Positions 11,111 through 52,860 of a stretch of 64,000 nt of DNA are shown here, in pieces. Each line of letters opens with the position of its first letter. Position 1 is the stretch's first letter. The position numbers and the translations under genes are program-made. Source of the stretch: Tubulanus polymorphus (lineage: Eukaryota; Animalia; Nemertea); contig NC_134030.1 of assembly GCF_964204645.1 (NCBI RefSeq), positions 10,747,947-10,811,946 of the forward strand, written 5' to 3'. The notes beneath the pieces are model-generated. The model was not told the origin of the DNA and did not search any database. It worked only from the letters and a program-made list of their open reading frames with translations.

Positions 11111-14100
11111 TATATGACAAAATTGATCGTATCCTGAATAAAATAAAACAAAAATGGTTACCGAGTTTAATGTGATAAGCCGCATAGTCAGTTGAAGGAA
11201 GGACTAAGCCCTGATGGTGGGTAGATACTCGTCACAACTGGCCACATCGTTATACTTATTCACAGTGTACATATTGGTCCAGTCCAAAAATTCCTGATTG
11301 TCCGAAATGAAAGCTGGCCTACAATTAGCCTACATCTGCAAGCATTCAAACAGTAATGTTGACGCACGTAAGAACTCGAAAGAACCAAACCCAACAGACC
11401 ACAGAGAGTGGAAAGACAGCTTGTCAAAATGCAGGGACAAGTTTTCTGCAATAGGGTATGAGTTTCAGGGGCATATTTTATTTAAGGCCTATATGACCTT
11501 CATTTTTCTTCCCAATGTAAAACTTCTAGGCCCGAATTAAAAAAAAAATTCTTTTACAATGTAATTAGTAGATTATTGACACTCTTTAATCTTGACACTC
11601 TTTATTGACACTCTTTATTGATATCATTAACAGAATATTTTAGTACATAGAGGATTACGATATAAAGTATGCCATCAAATGAAATGATTTTCATAGCTAA
11701 CCCCTAAACGAACGAACACAGGTACCAAAACAGTATTGCACTGATATAGTGCGAGCACGATGCAAAGTTTAAATTATTTCAAAGAGCATCAATGGGCTTG
11801 GACCAACTCCGTTCTCTTGCTCGATCTACATCATACCCAGTATGTCCACAAAATTGACGCACCCACATTCGCAACACTCCTCAATCCACGAACGATGGAA
11901 TTGAAAAATTCATGATTTTCATATCCATGTTCAATAAGAAAAGACTTAGAACTAGGCCTATCTTACTGTTACAAGACTGTTTCAGAATACGTTTTAACAA
12001 TTCTTTTTAAACAATTTTTCTGGTAGAGGACTCCCAGATGCCACCAATGCTGGGCATCATACCGGCGGCACTCCAGTTAAAGGGATTCCTCAGAAATGCA
12101 CCACTTTTCAAAATTCCTGGATCCATCCCCTGGAGTGGACTTGCTACCCCTATTCTTATCGGAATTTTGATTTGGAAACCTTTATCAAACTAGGCCTACT
12201 AAAAAATAATCTAGGCATAGGCCTAGTAGAAGTTTGGTGTCGAGTTAGTAGTAGGCCTACAGGTATCCGACAGTGACAGTGTCAGTGATGATGATGCAAC
12301 CTTGACACGTGCATGGCTTTTGTTCCTGTTAGCGTCCTGTCAAGGAGTGCCATTTCGATGGCACGCAACGGAGCGTGGAGTAAAATCTAGGCCTACTCAA
12401 ATTCATTGAAAAATCACCATCCAATTCCTGACTGTGGCTTGAGAAAATACGCGATTTTGAAACGAAACCACAGATAGGTTACTACTGACTTAAATACGGT
12501 ATCTGACAGATCTCATCATCCTGGTAACCAGCCTCCATCAACAGGCTGATTATTCTGCTGGTACACAGGTTGGCGCAGTGATGGTGGAGATGGGTCTGAG
12601 AGGCCGGTTGTAGCTCGAGTCGTTCAGATGTTAACTCAGTCCCTCGTATTAACCGAATTTCCAATTATGTACTTCAATTTAAAAAAAAAAAATCTGTAAA
12701 TTAGACCGCCGATCACACAACTATATCTGTACTTCGATTTCCGATTTCAAAATCAAACCCCCTGTTTCGCTCCCGTCAGGTGTGGTGGGTCTGTAAGGGA
12801 CACTCAATCAAAAAATCTAACGAAATTTACAAACCAAACAAACAACAGGGACAATCCCTATTTTAAGATAAAAAAAAGAGTCTGTATGGTACAAACTATA
12901 ATAAAGTTCCTCAGAGTAGTAGTAAAGGTATATACACTATGTACAATATAGAGCATCTTGAAGAACAGGGAAAATTGCAGCAAGAGCATGGCACGCGGGG
13001 TCGCGCCGACACACCCCATCAGCAGTGTTCATGCATGGTTCAGGCATATTAGGTTTACACGAAAATTTGGCACGCATCAATGACAATGCATGATGGCTGC
13101 GTGCCAAATTTGTGAAAATCTTAAAATTCTCTCTCTTGCCTTGGCACGCCCCACACACCATCACAGACTCCTCACGCTTGTACCCATGAACTCCAATCGA
13201 AGGGGACGAAATTCGTACAAGTATCAGGGGCTTGACTGTGTGATTGAGCAGTTTTGTCTTTTAGACGCGGAGTGAGTGAGAGTGTGGTGAAGTGAGTGGG
13301 CCTCTCCTCACTGACACTCAACACTCAACCCAGTAATCTTCTTCTTCTTCCGTTTACTGTCAGCATCAACTTGTTGATGAATATTACAGTTTTCGGGTAT
13401 GCGCAGTAGAATAAATATAAGTATCAGGGAGAAATTTAAAGGATATTTTTTGGGTTTTTTTTGTTTTAATTAAAATAGCGGTATGACTGCAGTTTAGGTG
13501 TCCAATGCATGGTATGTACCTAACCTTACCATAAGTTATAACACTATTAGGTTTAGGTTTAGGTATTCTTTAATAACACTAGCGCCACCCAGTGGATAGG
13601 TGACCCAAATTGCAGTTAGACCAAAATAGCCATATGAATATACTAATACTATTGGCTAGGAAGAGCAGCCTTAAAGCTTGCAAGGCTGCCGACTGACACC
13701 AACCAGGCAGGTCTGTAATCATCATCATTGACATCAGACACAAAAAAGGCCTATATTTCATCCATATAGCAGCAATTTTTCCATTACCTAGCCACGCGTG
13801 AGTGTACTCAAACGTATCTTCATTACCACTCGATTATTTCATGGTCGCAGTCGCTCAAAAAGTCCATAAAAATTCAACACTTGACAGCTGGACAAGAAAT
13901 GGCGTCTACTAATAATAAACAGGTTGTTACTTATTACCGTACACTAGTACCCGCTACGGATTCTTCGAGTGAGATCGAATCCCAGATATGCGGTAGTTAT
14001 AAATATCGACCAAAACCGTTTACCTCTAAAATACCGACCGAACGTCCAATACCGACCAAAAGTCGGTAAAAGAATGTTAATCGCTCATGGCTGAAGTATT

Positions 14101-14360
14101 CGTGACATACAATTTCTCCCACTATTTGACCCGTTTAAATAAGGTCAATTAATGATTCTCAAATTTGTACTGTGTTCGGAACCGCCTAGTTAGTAACCTG
14201 TCTGTGGTTTAGTTTCACAATGGGATATTTTCACAAAAACCACATAAGCCCATCCGATTATAAAAAGCTTACCACCAACGATTAGGTAACTAACTAGGAA
14301 CCGCCCACACCGTACACAATCACCGAAGTTTTTTTGTGTTCGTTTGTTCGTTTTGAATCC

Positions 14361-14976
14361 CTGATTGAGGCAGTCCAAAGGAGAGTGACTAGGATGGTTC
14401 CCCGATTACAGAATTGATCTTATGAACAGCGCCTAAAACAACTTAAACTTCCAACCCTGGTTTATAGAAGAAGTAGGGGTGATGCAATCAACACGTATAA
14501 ATATGTACATGGTAAATGTCCCTCCCCACCAAACTTTCTACCCAGGGTACAGTCCACTAGAACTCGCGGTCATCCATTTGAATTGTTTCTGTCAAGAGCA
14601 AAATTAAACTGTAGAAAATACTTTTTCAGCATTCGAACGATCCAGATCTGGAATTCGCTACCGTTAGAAGTTGGTTAGTGCACCGCCGGTGGATTGCTTT
14701 AAGGTCAGACTTGACAGACATTGGAGTACGCACCCGAAGCTGTAACCCTGTGAGGATTAAACTCTGAATATATGTTTCGTGTGTATATATGAAACTTTTA
14801 GAATTGTGTTATAAAAAAACGCGAGTGGTAACGGAATAGTAGGCGGACAGAGCATCGATTTACGAATATACAAAACTGCGCACCAACCAAAGCTGCAGTA
14901 TTAATTTTTACGCTAGAAGAGGTCAAGGTCTAAGAGACCAGAGTACCAAACGGATACTACTACTACTACTACTACT
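14361..14976 (+). mobile_element. 5'-truncated CR1/L2-clade LINE remnant (ORF2 C-terminus, 3' UTR, (TAC)n tail)
   Basis: Translates as LIEAVQRRVTRMVPRLQN*SYEQRLKQLKLPTLVYRRSRGDAINTYKYVHG..TRTRGH..RKYFFSIRTIQIWNSLP..(frameshift)..FKVRLDRHW, the typical CR1 ORF2 C-terminus, with one stop and one frameshift. It ends in (TAC)7 at 14955-14976. Confidence 0.85.
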
Positions 14977-15389
14977 GATAACTGGATATGAAGAAACTAA
15001 TCTTAGGGGAAGGGAAGTGCAATATAGTGCCCTATTTTTCGTGATCAATAGTTTTTGGTGAATCTTCTGCGAATCATCATTATTCAGTTCCATGGCAGGC
15101 GGCTATTGTTCGACAACTATTGCAATATGATACAAAGCAAATGCATGTTTCCACTACTGTATAGGTTTTTAGCGTATATCGAATAGCTCAAGAACTTCCT
15201 TCCCGGTGCCCCTATTTAATTGCTTCGGTTTTGGTATTTCAATTTTAAAATGCACCAGCGTTATCAATCCACTCAAATAGCAGGTACGTTCGAATTTTCA
15301 AGTTTCAAGTTAAGTTTGCTGCAACCATAGAAGAATTTTTCCGATCATCACAGAAACTAGGTGTAACTTAGACCCGGCCTGCAGAACGA

Positions 15390-15715
15390 GTGGGAAGCCG
15401 ATAAGTTTCCTGCCCGGGGACACTACACGGTAACGTGCTGGGTTCGAACCCACGGACCTTACGGTGTAGTGTCCCCGAGCAAGACACTAATCCCCATTCC
15501 CTATATTTCACCGAAGAGTCAATGGGTACCTGGGGCCAGTTGCACAGTCGTGACTTAAGTCTAAAAAGTGGTCTTAAATCTTAAGACTGGTCTTAAGTTG
15601 GTAGATCGGCTATAGAACTAAATTGGTCTTAGACTGGTCTTAAGTCTAATGATACCAATTTAATGGAAAGCGCCGTTGAACATTGTACGACAGTGAAAAG
15701 GGCACTATAGAAATT
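15390..15715. mobile_element. tRNA-derived SINE fragments in both orientations, interrupted by a MITE (about 15533-15650)
   Basis: GGGTTCGAACCC B box and GTGTCCCCGAGCAAGACACT..AATGGGTACC SINE core; a related reverse copy lies at about 49990-50140. Confidence 0.5.
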
Positions 15716-17024
15716 AAATAACCATTACTAAGCTTTCAGATTTTAAACGGATTGATTTTAAAGTGTTATGCTCTCCAATTTTGCCTCGCGGCGCAATTCT
15801 CTGTGACTGTGTTGAAACGAGTCGAGGGGCAGCTGCAAGGCCGGCGGTATACGCCAGCCTTCAAACCGTTGAAAGTCATAAAAATTCTTGTATGACATCA
15901 TATTCGCCACCGAAAGTACGTTCGGTGCAATACCTTGGAGTGATCATCTGATAGCTTCAAATGATTATTCCAAGGTGTTACAAACTCGTGCGCTTGTTTC
16001 CCCTAACAATCTTCTCATTGGTCGGAATATCTTACGGAGTGAAGTAAGTTGTTAGGAGTAGCTCCAAGCTTCATTACAAATATTCTGTACAGCTCTCGCC
16101 AAAGGATTCCTGACTACTTTAGATTACCCAATTGAAGGGCTTATACGTATCGGAGGATATCAAGTTTTTTTCGTGGTTCGAAAATGATTTGACCTGATAA
16201 CTGAATCCATTCCATACAAACGCCTTTAGATCAATCTTCCGGTAGAATTTCACTAGAATGTTTTCCAATTTACCTAAAAATATGAATAAAACCAGTAATT
16301 TATCAACTTTTGATAACATTTTGATAACATTTTGAAAGCAAGCGTAAAGTATTTTCAAAGTGACATTAAGATCCATATGCATAAGCAGAATCATTTCAAT
16401 GGTTATGACACCTAGAAACCAAACACCAGGCCATTGCCTCTTTTACGGAGTGGTGGTACGTATGTATCGGAGAGCATACCTTTTAAAAAAGCCTCGTAGT
16501 CGTACGCGTATATATGCCGATACTTCGCCGGATGTGGGACCATTTCGAATATTGACACTCGAAACTGCCGCTCGAAACGGCAAACTTCGGGTAACTTTAA
16601 TTGCCAGCATTAATGCAATTGGAGATCCTAACAAGGACCAGGGTTAGTTATGTGACATTTCAGCCAGTTCATTAGAGTTGGTCGAAACCGGTGTGGTTGG
16701 GTGAGTATGATTTGTTATTCGATGTAATATATAAGTAAACTTATTCTCTTCATAAACATCTACTTATTCTTTCAATTAGAGATTGAGATCTCACATCAGT
16801 AGATAATTTACTAAATGAGTTAGTAAAAGAGATCAATCGGGGGGGGGGGATTTTCTCTGTTGAGCTATTCGCGGAAGAAAATGAGAAAAAAATGTTATAT
16901 ACAGTGTATGTGCATATGCTTGTTAGTGATAGCGTATCTTTTCAGAATTTCAATTTGATCCTTCCAATTTGGATAGTTGACCAGAAATTGTTATCCTGAA
17001 ATATCGGGGTATACGCAGCTGACG

Positions 17025-20000
17025 ATGAGGTTCACAGCGGTGGCGGTCGTGATTGCTAGTTTGCTAGTTTCGTCGAATTTTGCTAATCGCGTCTCCAACC
17101 AATTCTTGTTCTACAACACATCATGCGCGTATTTGAAGAACGCGTACGCCATCACCGCAGACGGCGAATACATCTTAGACGTTGGACCGAGATTCAATTT
17201 GAAAACGCGCGTATACTGCGAAGGAATGGGTGGCAGTTATCCGAGGGAATATCTCACATTACCCGCCGGTCAAGATAAGAACTACGCCATTTCGAGGCCT
17301 TTCAATTCTCTCCAAAGAGAAAGAACCGCGAATTTTAGTAAGGCGCTATTCTGTCCAAATGTAAGTTGTGATGTTGATAATCTAATTTTTTCGAACGATA
17401 TGTAAGTTAGGTCTTATCCTCAATAGCTTGGTTTACGGGAACAGCCTCCGAAATTTGACGAAAATTCAAATAGAAATAAATCTTATATTTTCTATTCCCG
17501 TCCGTGTAACGAATTCAGCGAAAAAAATGAGCAGTGAAAAAAAATTTCACATCCGCCGAATGAGGATCCTGGCTAGAATGATGAAAAAAATGGAAAATGC
17601 TAGGTTCTTTTTTGTTCGCAGTGTGCAGAATTCCCGAACTTTCCAAGCATCATTTGTTTGGGCATATGTTTATTGCCCTATCGACAGTTCCCTTTTCCTT
17701 CAAAAAGTGATTATATCTCACTAAAGGAATCTTTTTTGAATTACATTTCCTCCTCTCAAATTTTAATTGAATAGGTCTACCCCGTAAACCAAGCTATTAA
17801 AAAGGCCTCGAATTTCTTAGATAGCACGATAATTACTTTTAGAAATTGTTATCAGTAAATCATCAATAGATTCCTATCGATCTGTGGAAATTTTGGGAAA
17901 AGTCTACCGTGTGTATTTTCAGAGTTTACTGATCATCACTAACGACTGGTTATTTGCTCGAACGACTGGACAACCTCCGTCGTATGGGAAGGTATGGGGA
18001 TGTAGATATGCAGTGGGCCGAATCAGCATCGATCTAACTGGTCTACCGTTTTACATAAATTATAACGCCGTGAGTATAAAAAACAATTTTACACAAATTT
18101 TTTTCATTTCAGCGTACATTCTCACAAATATATATATTCATCTTGTCATACGCTTGTAATGTCATTTTGGACAGGGTTATGATTAACGAGTCATAGGAAG
18201 AAGCAACTAACATGATCTACAATCTTTTTTGAAATCGTATTTCTTGTGTATTTTTTCTCGTGTTTGCCAAGTATATGGCGTATTCCAACTGTTTTGAGAG
18301 ATGCCCAGAGGGATTCGGCGTACTATTCATACACTCTATCAAACATTGTTTATGAAATTTTTTCGCCTTCTGAAAACGCACACGTAAAGCCCAAATCAAA
18401 CTCGGTGAAATCCGTGAGTGATTATATAGACACGCCGATCTAATTAATCGCCTAAATGTCGATAAGAAAATTATAGTAGTAGTAGTAGTTTATCCTTTAT
18501 CAAAGTGTGTATTACACTTTGTATGACAGATAATCAAAATTACAAATTTTAACAAAATAATTTAATCCGAAATTACACATTGAAAAAATAAAAACACCCG
18601 AATCGGGCTGGTCGTCCTCCTAGTGAATTACCGATATGTCGATCCTCTCTGATTGCTATAAATGGCTTTTTATACTGGCAAGCTTTATTGGGGTTCATTA
18701 TTATATGACAATCATGGAAAACAAAACTTATAGAGCAAAAATGAAAACTTCGTTTTTGCGCCCTAGCAAATAGTTTTCGTTTTTCCATGATCGAACTTGT
18801 ATAAAAGTAATGAATGTGGCTCCATAGTATGCTTTAAAAATATTTTAGAAGTTAGAGGGTTTTTTCATCTGGAATGGCATACAAAAAATAGAGCTCAGAT
18901 ATCTTATCGATATGATATTTCCACGAAGTTAGAAACAATTTTGCATGTCCACGAAGCCTAGGTTTCTTTGCTCTAGATACTTAATGCTGTTTGAAATGTG
19001 TAATTCTCATTTTGCAGACAAATATCGCGTTTGATGAGAGATCGCCATCGAATGGCGAAAGGCAACCTCAGATTTTCACCCATGATTGTGGCGGCTGGTC
19101 ATGTTCCGTATGCGGCGTTAGAAAACAAAAACTCTTGTTAGATTGTAAGTATTTCATTTCGAGGGGACGGATTCAGGTGGGATCTCGGAAGTCCAGATCC
19201 TTGCCTTCTCACTGAGGTTGCCTTTTTGTCAAGTCAGATGATAGTTAAAACCTACAAATTAGACACTCATCCTTTTGTAAAATGTATATTTTCTGACGTA
19301 TTTCTTCAAAATGCCGAGGGTTGGATCCCGATACTAGCCTATGAAATAGTTGCTTCATCTGAAAAATGTCTTTTCTTCTGGACCTGGCCTTCCGAATTTC
19401 CAGGATCTGCCCCTGACCCCGCCCTCTTCGATCCTCCCCTGTCTTGTCCAATAGTATGAATGTATCAATTTCCGACTTTATTTCCGTGAAAATAATGTTT
19501 ATCACATCAAAGAACTTAAACCTATATACCTAAGTGCGGTGGCTGATAAGGGCCAATAATATATTTTTTTTAAATTTCCACTAAATATTACAATATATCA
19601 TTGTACATTATAAAAATGAAGTTAAATGAAATATTTTAATATTAAGCAGGGGAGACTTGAAGAAGCCAGTTAAGACTTATGTCAAACGTACAAGTCCCCC
19701 AACATGCAAAGAACCACACTCACACTCCCTCACACACTCACATACACACATACGCACGCACACATACGCACGCACGCATAATAAAGTGATAGATGACAGA
19801 AACCATAATAATGAAACTTATATAGAGCAAAAACAGTTATAGCTATGTAGATAAGTGTTACGGACATAGTTAGGTTAGCAAAAACGAATTCAATGGTAAA
19901 GATGAGAATAATCATTGCGCAAAAACTAATCTATATTGATTCCCTTCGATTTTTAAATTTTGTTTTGCATCAGTTCATGGCTGCCCGTAGTCTTAGAGTA

Positions 20001-22166
20001 ATGCAGATTGAACGAGATTCGATTTGACTATACAGAGCTCACTTACCCGAAAGTGCTGGAGACAATCTTTTGAAAATGTTTGAAAATTCGAAATAATTCT
20101 ATCTAAATAGAATAGCAGGCTTAGAGCGGTGTATCGTCAGTTACCAATGTTTTACTTTGTTTGATAGGTGCTGCCATACCTTTCAACAGAGATAAAAAAA
20201 ACTTATTACTAATAAAATCAATACACCACAATGCGATGTACTAGCAAAGTCCACCACCGATTTATACACCGCACTGCGGTGTGGATGCACTGAAGGGGTT
20301 AATAATGTGTACCTGGCTCCAGTTCCACAGTTGTGAGTTAATTTAGACTCTAGAGTTAAAAACATTGAAAAAGAACTAATTTTAAACCCGAGTTAACTCT
20401 CACTCACATGTGGAACCGGGTCCTGGAGTTTATTAATTTGAGAAAAAAAATATTCATGAATCGATCTTAACATGATAGGTTAACATAGAATATTTCTCTA
20501 TATTTCTCCTTGCCTTAATGATGTACACATGACTTTTCCGTCGAACCATAAATAAAAATCAATTTTCTTGTTGTTCTTAAGTTGATGCGTGTCAATTGAT
20601 AAATCCATGCAGAATGGGCGAATCCTGTATTCATCTGGGTGCTGGATATCATAAATGCATCCCTAGGAGCGGAGGCAAGCCTGGTAAATTGATTATAATT
20701 TAAAATCTGTGATTTTACGAATTATATTGAAAACATGCTATTATGAAATCTTAAGTTCATTTGCCGGCGAGAATCATGAATCGAATGGAATGTCATCATT
20801 CGTCTGCGCAGTGGATTCGCGAAAAAACAAAAATTGATTATCTTTTTCATTTTCTTTCCTTTTAGTTATCGATAATGTAAGCGGACGCAACGAGATCGGA
20901 ACAAGACCGAACAGTTGTGTATCGAAGACTAATTGGAAGATTCTACCAGGTAATGAAAATGGCCTAAGATATAGATTATGAAGTCACGAAATAATTTAGC
21001 TTTTTTTCTAATCCACGTGCCAAAACATTCTTTTCAATCTTGAGATATGTAGTCAGGTCAAAAAGTTGTCATCCCTCCACCTCCCCGTTTGACGCCTGAG
21101 AGTAAAATAGTTTGAAAACGACGGGCTTTGTTACAAATTTTACAAAATGCCTTCAAAATACGTTTTGAAAAAAAATTGTCCACTCATGAAATGCTAATTA
21201 TAGATATTTTTCCCGGGCTACAGGGATGGCCAATTTTATCAATTTTCAAACGTTAACGGGTGTAGTAAGCAGCAACAACGTGAATTACCGCCGTGGATTT
21301 CGAATCCATGAAAAGTTCACGAAACGCTCTGCCATACACTCTGCCATGCATTTGACAACGATTTTTTGAACCAACCTTATCTTATATTTATCTAGTCAGT
21401 TGTTAGGCGAAGGATTATTAGATTCAGGCTGCGCAACTTAAACTTATTGTATTTCAACATCAAGGTACGTATAAACATTACGTTTGCATGCCGCCGCACG
21501 AGAGGAACAGCAACGAGTACGCGCACTAATCTTCCCGCGCACTTCATTTGCGCCATTTCCGCTTATGATGATTACGATTTAATTTTATTGCCCCTGAAAT
21601 TATACAAGTCTATGAGAGCACAGGATACAAACAAAATTAACAGTTTACAGTTGTATGCACAATTACAGTCACATATATATTGTAATGATTACCCAATTTG
21701 ATATACACAAACGCTACTACATGATGCTATCTGTCTAGCTTCCTTATATTGGGTCTTGATTAACAAATTTTGTATTTGGTGTTGCACGTTTCACGTATCT
21801 GCAGAACATTAAAGGACTAATGAAGAGTTGCGTAAAAACACCTAAAATTGGTGTTTTTTGAAAAATATAATAAAAATGTTCGATATTAAACAAGAATTTG
21901 TCGAAAAAAATCAATAAAATGTTGATAATTGGGGAGGATTTTTTAAGTAAATAATTTCGACATTGGTGACCCGGAAGTGTGACGATTGAATCTAAAACCC
22001 CAGCAACACTTTTGTTCTTACTTGAAATTAGTTCATTAATCTTGACAGGGAATTTAAGGGTTTGATGATCGACGATTCCAGCGAAGAATGCCGATTTAAT
22101 TCTTTTGGTTCTACAGATAGTTACAGCAGATGGCTTATCGAATGTCTAAAGATTGAAAACACTTGA
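17025..22166 (+). CDS. Small secreted GON-domain protein (signal peptide, GON domain, EGF-like motif), about 281 aa
   Basis: Exons 17025-17360, 17923-18069, 19018-19144, 20582-20683, 20866-20949, 22117-22166; GT-AG, phases 0,0,1,1,1; 846 nt; AATAAA about 45 nt after the stop. The N-terminus MRFTAVAVVIASLLVSS is hydrophobic. SCAYLK..DGEYIL..VYCEGMG..PREYLTL..NYA..FSK..LLIITNDWLFARTTG..YG..C..GRISIDLTG..CGGWSCSVCG matches the GON domain of ADAMTS9/ADAMTS20/GON-1. The first three exons are secure; the last three less so. Probable 5' UTR intron 16701-16945. Confidence 0.75.
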
Positions 22167-24645
22167 AATGATTTATATACGTCGCACGATTAATATGAAA
22201 CACGTGTAAAATAAAAATAAAACGATAACTTGATTTTGAAAAATGTATACATTGATATTTTCTTTGCCATGATTTCAAACACGAGAAATATGGTATAGCA
22301 GTACCAGTATTGAAAATATATGAGAATGTCCCCGAACGTTGAAAAGGCGCTGCCAATCAATGTACATCACGTTACGTATTCGTACAGTTGTCCGTTGGCT
22401 CAACGGTCGATTGAGATAAAAATGAAAATTATATATCGTTGATTTTTTACATTTTAGAGTGAAAAAAAATCAAACGAAATCTACCAATTAAACAAACAAC
22501 AGGGTCAATCCCTATTTTAAGATCAAAACGTTTCAGAGTCCGTGATTTAACGAATTTGAACACGTGACCAAACAATGAATAAACTTGATCATTCGTATTA
22601 TCCAATTTCATCTTCGATTTTTTACGGTGATTTAGCTATATTTCACCGTACTGACTAGCAGATGGTACAGACATGGTACAGTGCGTACTATAAAGATTTG
22701 GAAAGAAACCGTTTAATTGCCATGATCGTCATTATCACACCGGCCAGGCCAGGTTGTACCATCATTTATGTCGCAAAGTCCATAGTGAAACTAAAGCATC
22801 TAAATCCGGATATAAAATAGTATCAAATCTCTCTCTATATATATTCAATAAATCTCCATTCACTTCCTGGTATTTTTCATGTCTAGCATGTATATATACG
22901 GCGTGTATGGCGATTGATAAACTGAAAATGAAATAGATTCGTACTACAGAATTTTATTCTGGCAAATATAATTCGTGCCTTATGAAGAAGTCGCTGCAGT
23001 ATTCTCCGTCAAGAGTCGGCGCTTTGATTAACAAGTTTGAATTCTGTACCATAAGCGAACATTGTGACGAGGATCCGGCTCGTAGGGCTTCATCAGCTGA
23101 GTTGTTAGGATGGCGCAATAATTGCGTAGAGCGACGACCTCGAAAAATATATTCAGGTAAGGATCAATTGAATCGTTTGTTGCCAGCGGCAGATCCAGGA
23201 GTTCATTGAGGGGGTGGGGGGGGGGGTGCACGAATTAGGAAGGGGATCTGGTAGGTCCTCGCCCAGAAAATTTATTAAATTAGATGAGCGGGGACGCGTT
23301 CTAGGCACGATCAGAGTACGTTTCTACTCGCACGCAAATTCAATAGCGATTTTCCCTAAATTTAAAGCATTCATTACTTATGGAAAACCAATCACAAAAT
23401 GCGGAGCCGGAAGCGGCTACCAGCGCAATCAATTTAAGACCTAGACGAGACGTAAAAGCTTAGGCCTGCTCATTTTCAGGGATTTTTCACATGCTTTCTC
23501 TTCTTTCTCACAAAAAGGTAAGCCCCTATAAAAACAGCGAGGACTTTTTAGGCGGTGCACGGTGCACCCTGGACCCGCCGCTGGTTGCCTCTCCGTGGCT
23601 GGATTCAGTTCCACGGTGCTGTGGTAAGATTTCAATCAGAGCTTATCACTCAAAAAATTGAACTGTTCCAACTCACGAGTTAACTCTTAACCCACAGAAA
23701 GTGGAACTGGATCTGGTACTTAACAAAAAATTTAAAAACAACAACACAACAACAACAACAACACAAACAACAAAAGGACTATCAGTCTCATCAAACGACT
23801 AGATCTGGATATGGAATCGTGGGCTGCAAATGCGACATACAAGAGTTGAACACCGATGTTACCAGTGTCCGAAGAAACGACTGAGTCCCTCTGTGACGGC
23901 GGCTAGGTACAGTAAACCTTGCATTAGTCGCATCGACCAAATTCGGATATTCGCTTTATCGGATGAATATTGATGGTCCCGATTTTTCCTACTCTTCTTC
24001 AAAAAACCTTATATTGAAAAGTCGGATTTTGTTATTCGGAACATGCCTATTCCGTCACAGTACTTTTCTTCAAAGAATCACTAGTTAAAACCCTCAATTA
24101 GATTTAAGAAACCACCATCTGAAGTTTTTATCGAGCATCTGAGGGATTTTTAGAAGTTGCTGCTTTTTCAAATTGTTGTATGATTATGAAAACGCATGAA
24201 TGAATAGTTTGAGGAAAAACTTCTGGCCCGCTGATCAGTCGACTTCGTTTTTTCTTTGGATTCCAAAATGATGAATTCTTTCTTGTTATTGAACATACCC
24301 TCCACCAAAACCCGTCCAGAAAAGAGAATTCATATTATACAGAAAATGTGGCTTTCATTTTTATTCCTAAACCCAACTGGCCACCGTTGATCAACGACCA
24401 GCATATCCAATCGCTACGACTGTTTTTGGCGATAAATAGTGTGCACAACTTCGTTGAAGCGGTCGCTGACTTTACAGCAAAGGAAGTGAGCCATTTTGAT
24501 TCAGCGAAAATTTTTTTTGACATGTTTGTTAGGCTTAGGCCTAACTTGATCCGATCGTCTGCCGCGAATACGATGGATTTAACGTAGGTAGTGACCGGAT
24601 AGGCTTCTAGATTTAGCGAGGAGGATACCTGCACTGATTGTGACG

Positions 24646-52860
<28,215 letters not shown>

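Noticed and set aside
13899-13922. ATGGCG-initiated mini-exon MASTNNKQ in a promoter-like context
   Set aside because: Donor GTTGTT is weak, and splicing to the GON gene acceptor at 16946 is out of frame; no downstream partner exon was found.
16660-16700. GTCGAAACCGGTGTGG, hammerhead-like 3' half
   Set aside because: No CUGANGA core upstream and only a weak stem II.
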